DNA of 64,000 nucleotides from Pseudomonadota bacterium (GTDB lineage Bacteria; UBA10199; 2-02-FULL-44-16; DYJF01): NCBI GenBank assembly GCA_043823065.1, contig JBDRBB010000006.1, positions 128,001 to 192,000 of the forward strand, read 5' to 3'. Shown piece by piece: positions 29,067 to 38,000 of this stretch (position 1 is its first letter; each line of letters starts with the position of its first letter). The notes under the pieces were generated by a model. It saw only the letters and a program-made list of their open reading frames with translations, ran no database searches and was not told where the DNA came from. The position numbers and the translations under genes were made by a program.

Positions 29067-32000
29067 ATTCCCATTCTCCATTGGGCTGCCTTCTTACCCG
29101 AACTTCCAGATAACCAGGAATTCTGGCAAAACTTTCTACAGATGGAGGAAGTCCACGCATTTCATCTACTAGAGCAGCTGCTGCTGCCCAATCTGGCAGG
29201 CGATCAGCAACCATTTCTGGATCTTCTACCGAAAAAGTAAGTCTGCCGCTCTGAATCATCCTTCTACCCACTAGACCCTGGCTGCCAACCTGAACCATAT
29301 AAATATTTTGATCAGCCCTGGGCATAGGTTGCGGATATCCATAAAAATAATGAGGATACTGGGTCCACATTCTTTGCAATGTCTCACCTACTTGATCTGG
29401 ATACACACTATTACCGGAATAGATGCTAAGCAATGGAGATAAAACATCAGGGTCATATACAGTATATCTGTAGCGGGTGCTATCTGGATCAACAAACATT
29501 TCCAAGCCAGCTTGCTCAAGTAAATATAAGCGATCTGATTCATCCATTAGCTCAAAGGAACTTGCTGCTGCTGTAGTGCTTAAAGGTTTTACACCCAAGG
29601 CTGTTAGGGCTATTTCCAAACTGTTAAATTCAATTGGCCGGCCTGGACTAAGATAATTAGCGTCCCTGGGATCACCCCAAATAGGCATAGGAACAACTGG
29701 ATCTTCATAACCAACCTGAGCCAACTCAGAACTTGGAGTATAACCAACTAAAGGCATGCTGGCGATAAAACGCCTGGCTGAATCAAATAAAGCGCGGCCC
29801 TGGGCGTTATCTGGAAATCTTGTTCTGGCTCCAGCAAAATTGGGCCGGACATATCTTAAAAAAGATCCTAAACATCTAGCACACATTTGCAAATATGTTC
29901 CTGGTTCCACAAAAGCATCATCTCCAACATCATCTGCCCCATAAGAATTGCCAACTGCTAATAATCCGCCAACGTCAATAACTTGTTCTGGCCTAGGCCT
30001 AGCTGCTGGCAAATCTACAACAGCTAGCACCCCTGAAGGTTCTGCTAATGGCAATGGAGGAACCATGTGAATACTGGTAGGCGCTGCGGAAAAACCATGG
30101 CCTGAAACCGGCCCTGCCCCTGAATTGCCTGAATTAGATTCATTAGGAGGTAAAGAAGAAGATGAATTATTACCGCGATCTCTTACCGCGTAAATAATAT
30201 CATTTACTGAATATCGAACTACTTCCAAACGATCAGACCTAGCTCCTGTCGCACGAATCAACTCTTCAATTCTGCTGTTTTGGCTACTTCTATCTATATA
30301 AACTGTAAAACCTCTTTGTTCTAAATACTGGCGCCATTCTGCTCGACCACGGGTTATTATATCATCTATGGTAAAAAGTACCTCGCCTCCTGGCAAAACT
30401 GTTTCAATCAAAGATTCAATCACCTCATCAGAGGAAGGATTAAAAGCCAAAGCAATCTGAGCAAAACCTTTAGGCAATTCCCTGACGTCCATCAGCACCA
30501 TGGAATATGAGCGTTGCTCTGCATCCTCAATTGTCATTTCAATCATATCTGAATTATAACCAATGGGAGGATTTTCTGCGGTAGGACTTTCCGGATCCAG
30601 TTCCACGCCAAGCACATGATAATAACTGGTAAAATTTGGAGCTAGAGCTAGAAATGTTGGTTCAGCAGGTGTGCGCGGACCAACCACTAAAATTATCGGT
30701 AAATTTGGCTCAACCAATCCTCCTGGATAATACCTGAAGTGAACACCAGTTTGTTCTAGTCTTGAAATCAAATCTTGAACAGGCGCTGTATCCTGAGCAA
30801 AACTTATCCGATTATACCTAAATCCATCAGCTGCGGTCACTCCTGCGTCTCGTTGCATGCCTTGCAAGGGTGTATTATAAAATGAGACAATACGATCATA
30901 AACCTCTTTGGGCAAATTATCATCATATTCATGATATTCATCTCTCACTCTGGTTGCCAAAGACTCACCATCAACTAAATATATATCATAACCAGGAAAA
31001 GCATTTCTTAGGGAAGATAAGACCATTTCTCTACGCGGCTGCGGTAAACTGCGCATCCAATTATTGCCAGTTCTTCTGGTATTTTGAATTTGGTTAACAT
31101 AGATGGCATTATCTCCAATATTAAAACTAACAACCATTACTTCTCTTCCTTGATGATGGATTAAAAAAGCAAAGCTACCATCAAAACCTCTTTGATAATA
31201 TTCTCCTACTCTTCCTTCTCTTCCTTCAACTGTTGTTCTGTAATCAAATGTTACCTCAAAATCCGGATGAAACTCAAAAGCAGCTAAGGCAGCTAAAATG
31301 CTGTTTACAGTTGCTTGATCTGGAATTGTGCTAGCCACTCTGGCTGCTACTTCAGCATTGCCTCTTAAGGCAACTAAGGGAATGCCAATTAATGAATTGG
31401 GATCTTCCTGGCGCACGATAACTTCAAGCTCATCAGGAGCCAATACAATCTCTGGATCTGTATCTTCGTTTGGATCATTAGCTTCAGAACGGATAGCGCG
31501 AATCACCCAAGTTGGCCGCAGATGAGATGGCAATCTATCAGGAAAAAATTGCCTGATTATATCATTTTCCCTTTGTTCTGAAATTTCAAAACCCATTCCT
31601 CTTAAATAATCTATCCAAAATTCACGCGAGCGTACTGTAGGATCACCCATAATAACGACTTCGCTTTGGGCAATTGCTGCTGCGGTTTCAATTAGTTCAT
31701 CTCTGGGATTGGCCACAACCACCCTATCGGCAGGAGACAGAAACCTGGCATCAACATATAACATTGAAGCATCAGCCCGAGATTCTAATGCTGGTGTAGC
31801 CAGCATATCTACACCAACTATGTGGTGCTCATTATCTCTCACTTGATCCAACCCAGTCTCTGGAGTTAGACCAAAAACATAAGTAACAGGCCAATCTGCT
31901 TGAGCAAAAAGAGCCTGGCCAGGGGCAAACTCGTGGGGCACTTCTCTGGCCCCTAAATGCCCTAATATAATTCCCAGAGGAGAATATTCAGGCAAACCAA

Positions 32001-35000
32001 AAGATTGATCAGCAGGCGGCAAAGGAGTTGGATATACTGCTGGAGGCGGAGTGGAGGAAACAGATATAGGCAAAGGAGTGCCGCTATCATATCCTGCTGA
32101 ACCTAATACTCTGATACTTCTGGTTAAGACATCCCCTGGAACTTGCTGGGCCAATTCTTCTTGGTGTTGTGCCAAATAACGCCAAAATGCAGTCAAATGC
32201 GAGATTGCTGGCTGGCCGTCATCTGGGCACTGCCAGGGTTCAAGCAAGTGTTCATTTAATGAGACAAAAACCTGCATGACGTTAAGATTTAAGAAAGGAT
32301 CTTGTTCCTGAATTAGGTGCTCAGCAATTTCCAAGATGCGTTGCACCTGAAGTGTCCCTAAATCAGAAATCCGGAAATTACTTGGTGGCTGCGCTGATAA
32401 TCTTGAAATAATATCTGTTAAAAAACTTCTAGGTAGATAGTTTATGAGCAGTTCTCGCTGCCCTCTTAGAATAGCTAAATCTTGCCTGACATCATCTGTC
32501 AAATTGCCGCTAATGCTTGATTCTGGAAATGATATTTGAGCATTAAGATATCCTGGCAAACGATTAGAAATTTCTTCCAAGACTTGGGCGCTAGTACATA
32601 ATCGAGTATCATCATTGTTGTTTTCCAGATACCCGTGTATTAATTCAAAAATCCTGTCCAGAAGTTGCAATCTCTGTTGATATCTTGGGGGTAAAGACCA
32701 AAGCAAACGTGCATTAGCAATGTCATATTGAGCTATTTCTTCTGGAAGAATGGGGCCTAAAGTTGCTATCTGTAATCCATAGCTGGCTATAACTTCAGCC
32801 GCTTCCAATCCTGGCGGCATATTGCGCTCGGTACGCTCACCCAGACCATAAACTATATGAACTCGTGCCTCACTTAAATTCACACCCAGATCACTTAAGG
32901 CAACTAAGACCTCGACAAATTCATCATTAAAAGCACCCACATTACTACCTGTTAGCGGCAAATGGGCAAGCGCCAGGATGTTTCTTCCTCGCGCTTTGAT
33001 TCTGATTTCCGTGCAATATAAGCAGTAATCACCAGCAATTCTACCTTCAGGAATTCCCGCTAAAATTAACCAGCCCATGCCATCAGTTCCTGATATTGTA
33101 TTTGGTGCTAATGGATCGGTGAGTCTAAGCAGGTTATTAACCCCAGGAAATGGTCTAGAAATAATTCTGGCCCATGGTGTATAATACGGTGTTCCATCAG
33201 CAGGACGCGCTAAACCACGGGTGAAAAGAAAGTCTTGAAGTTGATGATAAACATCTGCCTCACCAATTTCAACACCCATAGCTGCCAAAGCACTTGCATA
33301 AATTTCTCGGTCATGGCGTTGGCTTTGCTCTGCATGCACTGCTGGCAAAACATCAAAGACATTGCTACCTTCAGCTTGAGCAATTTCTTGCGCCCTGATT
33401 AACTCACCTAAAATTCGGACTAAATGAAACTGGGCTTGCAGAAATTCTTGCAGACGCTCTGGTGTGGGTTCTCTTAGAAGCTCTTCATATGATAGCCCAA
33501 AGTCAGACATTTGACTTGGCAACACATTGGCTATTTGATGAATTACACCTGGTTGATCATCAACCATAACAGCTGGCAGACGTGCTGTGTCTCTGGGAAA
33601 TTCAGCTAAATTTTCCAATCCTAGTGCGGCTAAAAATTCTTGCAGTTGTGGTGATTCTTCCACCAAAACATTTTTATTGGCGCTAAAAATACGATCAACT
33701 CTACGCAATATTTCAACAGCCAGGCTAGGAGGCATTCTCCACCTTTCTGCAAATACCGGTACTCTTAAATCCTTTAAACCAACCATAGGTAGATAAGTAG
33801 CATTTCTGGAATAAGTCGGAATACCTGGCCCAAAAAGTTCTTCAACAAAAGGATTGTTGCGCATTTCATCAGCGCTGGAAAAAAACGCCAAATTAGTTCT
33901 TTGCTGTAAAACGCGCACTACTTCCCTGAGATAAGCTGGAAGTGCATAGTTATGGCCAGTTGCTTCAAGATAGAAAGACCCAATACCTGTACCTGGAATA
34001 CGCAAAACATTTTTTGCTGAAACACTGTCAATATCCAAAATGAAATACCAGGCCTCTGGATTTCTTGCAGAGCTTGGTGGATAACGGTGATCTAGAATTG
34101 CCCTTAAAAGATCCCCTGAACCTCTTTCACCCCTTAATAATAAGCCGCTAGCTTGCTCAACAAGCTGATTCCAAGCTTCCTCAACTGCGCCAGCATTCAA
34201 AATTATTTGATAATTACCAGCCAGAGTACGTACTGCTAATGAAGCAGTTGAAAAATCTCTTGTTCCAGGTGGGGTAGGATTTTCTGACTCGCCCAGGCGG
34301 AAAAATGGTAGCCTATCCCCCAATGGATCTAGAAATGAGCCACCCCTGGCATCATAAACAACTTGCGTGATTGGTTGTGGATCAAAAACACTAAAACCAC
34401 TTAAAGAAGATAAAGACGGGCCACCAAGACCTGGGCCAGATGCGGGCGAAGGAAGCGGACTACCATTTGAACTAGCTGGAGGTGAGCTAGAACCTGAAGA
34501 TGAAAAACCTTCTAATCTTAAAATCAGCGCTTCTAAAGTTGATTGATCATTTGCTTGGGCCAACTCAGCACAGCGATCAACCAAGGCATTAACAAATCTT
34601 TGAATTGCTGGCAGCAGATGTTCTTGGTCGAGCCCTAACAAATTAACATCCACCCGCGCTTCTGGCGCTAGACTTAAATTAAGGAGGTTAAGCACAGAAA
34701 ATATATCCACCGCACTTTCCTGATTCAGCAGATTTGGATCTATGTTTTTTTGAATTACTCTAAATAGGTCGGTTAGCAGTTGCAGCCTTGTTGTTCTATC
34801 TTGGGAGTTTTGGATACCTGGACTAATCCTATCTTCAACAATCAAAACTTGGCGTAAAAAGTCTTCCACCTCTGCAGCAGCTTCATCCAGGCCAACACTT
34901 TCATAATAAGCCTTGGCTTCTAAACCAGCGGTAAGAATGTCTGATATTAATTCGTCCAGTCCTCCTGGCAATGCTTCTAGATTTACTCTTTGTTCAAACC

Positions 35001-38000
35001 GATAGTAATTTAACGCTCGCATATAAACATCGTGAATGCGGGCCATTTGAGCTATGTTCTGTTCAGTGATTTGTGCTTCTTGGTCAACAAGGGCAGTATA
35101 GGCTTGGCGCGCGTGAATCCAGATTAAACGCATAATATTATAAACATCAATGCTGCGCAAATCTGGATCATCAGTCTCTATCCCTTCAGGTGTTAAATAT
35201 AAAATGCGCTCCCCAACCAACTCTGCAAAACGATGCATTACTCTAAATTGCTGGTCAGGGCGAAGTTCGGTTTGAGAATTGCTGCCAAAATCCACCACTA
35301 CATCATTAATTAAACGCAAGGCAGCTGCCAAATTTTGACCACTCAAACCAGCTTCAATATTTCTGATTACTTGTAAATCAGGTGGCAAGCTTGCCCCGCG
35401 AACAATGTGAATATGATCATCAGCTCCTTCAAGACCGCATACAATATCCAAATCAGGCCGTTCTATCTGCAACCTTTGCAAAACCCGTCTTCTAATACCT
35501 TGATCTATCCCTATATTACCTGATAAACTAATTGAGCCAGATATTTCTAAAATCTCTACCATACTGTTTAACTGATCATAAAGCGTTGCTTCGGATAATG
35601 CCTCTGGCTCAGAACCATTGCGCACCCATATCACATATCCATCTCTACCAGCTGTTACGCCAGGATTTTCATCCATTATTCTGCGCAAGATGTGATCGGT
35701 ATTTTCCATACCAATTTCTTCATCACTCAAGAGCAATGCTCTCACGGTTAAACGAATTTCTCCTTGTTCTGTTAAGTGCTCTATTGCCCTATTTAATAAG
35801 CGATATACGCCTTCTGCTTCTCTAGCAACATAGTCTAACTCAAGGATTTCACCTGTTTGAAGCTGACCCCAAGATCCATCTTTAACATTGAATTGTTCAT
35901 CATGATGTAAGCCTAAAACGCTACCTGGGAAAAATATAAATGGAAATTGTCCAATATCTTCAGGCCAATCCCGATGCATGTCAAAAATTAATCTCTTAAA
36001 ACTCTTTGGCAAAAATTGATCATTTATGTCGGCTAAAACAAATTGTTCTCGTTCTGCACCCATACAACAAAACAACCGTACGTCTCGGCCCTCGCCTGCG
36101 CCCATTATTAAAGCCCTGTCACCATAATTAATTAGGCGATCAAAAATATCTCCAGTATATAAAGGCATTGTTGGATCAACATACGCGACAGTTCTAAAAC
36201 TTACCCACCCATCAAAACTAGATAATATAGGGCCCCGCCCTTCAACAGATGGATCTAATCTACTTTCTACCTGATCAACTATGGACAAAAGATATTCTTG
36301 ACTCATACCTCTATAATCACAACTAGTGATTACTGCACGCAAACCGCTTGGACGCTCATTTGCTGTAAACCTCACTTCACTTGGATTAGCTGGGATTGAT
36401 CCAGTTTCTTCAGACACCCTGCCATCTGGATGAACAACAACGTTTGCTCTATTTTCAGATCTGCCAAGTATTCCTGGAGCATGAATGTTATTTGGAGAAG
36501 GCGGGGCTGGTTGCCGTGAACCAGGTTCCGCGTGAGCAATATTTAGAAGTTGGGAGCTTCTATTTCTAATTCCAGCTAAAAAGTTTCTGGCTTCTTCTAA
36601 TTGTTCTGCGCTCACCAAACCGCGTTGATCTGCTTGTCTTAGCAAATACTCCATTCGATCAGCTTGGCTGGCGACCTGGTCTTGCAGTCTGACCATCTCT
36701 CTTAAACGTGGCGTGTTGCCTATAACCTCCACTCCATCTGGAGTTATTTCTGAATCAAGGTTTTGATCTTGTTCATATAAGTCTCTGACTCTTTGCGCAC
36801 TGGCTGTAATGGCATTTCTTAAAAATAAGATCTGCGGCTCTAAAGCTGCCTCTAAGTTTTGCTGGGCCCTTCTATTTACATATTCAAGTCGGCCTTGTTC
36901 TCCACTGTTTTCTAAAAATGTACGATATTCTTGGGCCAGGTCTGTGGCCCTTTGAGTTAACTCTAAAAACCTGGTTTGATCTGAATTAGATAGTCTATTA
37001 GTGGAAGCAAACAATTGATTTAAGTTTGCAAGCTCTGCTTCAACTTCATGCCAATCTCTTTGCAATCTACTTTCTGTGCGAATAACTTCTAGATCTGCTT
37101 GCGCTAATAAATGCGCATCTCTGGCTGCTCTCACTTGAGCTGGATCTGCGCCAAAGCTTTGCAGCATATCATGCTGCTGGGCTTCTATTTCAACTAATCT
37201 TTGAGCTGCGGAAATTAGCTGAGTTTCCTCTGCTAGCGTTAATGCTTGGCTTAATTGTCTGGCCCGCAATTGCCTAACCTGTTCTGCAAACTCTATTCTT
37301 CTGGTTGCTAATTCCACCTGGCCTAAATGCGCATCGGAAATATTACCCACTGCATGCAGTTGCTCATAAATATTTAACTGTTCTTGAGCCAACCGCACAA
37401 TTTCATTTCTTAGGGTTTGATAACGCTCTTGATCTAATCTTTGCCCTTGATTTGATTGTCTCACCAATTCATTTAATTCATCCACTATATCTCTGGTTCT
37501 AGTTGAATTGCGCATCAGCGCATTTCTAGCGCCACTGCCTAATCTGGCCCGAAAACTATGAGAGATGGGTCTGGTAAAAATTCCAGCTCCTCTTAAACCA
37601 GCAAGTGTGGCAACTGCATGTAATGACCTATCCCTAATTACTTCGCTAGTTAGCAGATCATTCCAGATTACATCTGAAGGAACACCTTGTATTAAAGCAT
37701 CTGCCGAAAGTTCGCCCAAACCATAACCAGTGAAAACAGCGGTTTCTGTGCCAAACCAGCCAGCGCCTAAACCAAATCTGCCTAAACTTGTGGTTGGCCT
37801 GGCCCCTCTTAAAAAGGCATTGGCCACCCGGTGATATCCCTGGCCTGCTGCGCCAACTGCGTTAAACAAACCAAAGGTAAATACGCTGCGCACTACAAAT
37901 ACATCCCAGTTACCTTGAAACTGGAACTCAGGAGCTAGACCAATTTGGCCGGGCAACCACAAATTAGAAGCAGTAAAGATGGGCGTCATAACTGTGCGTT

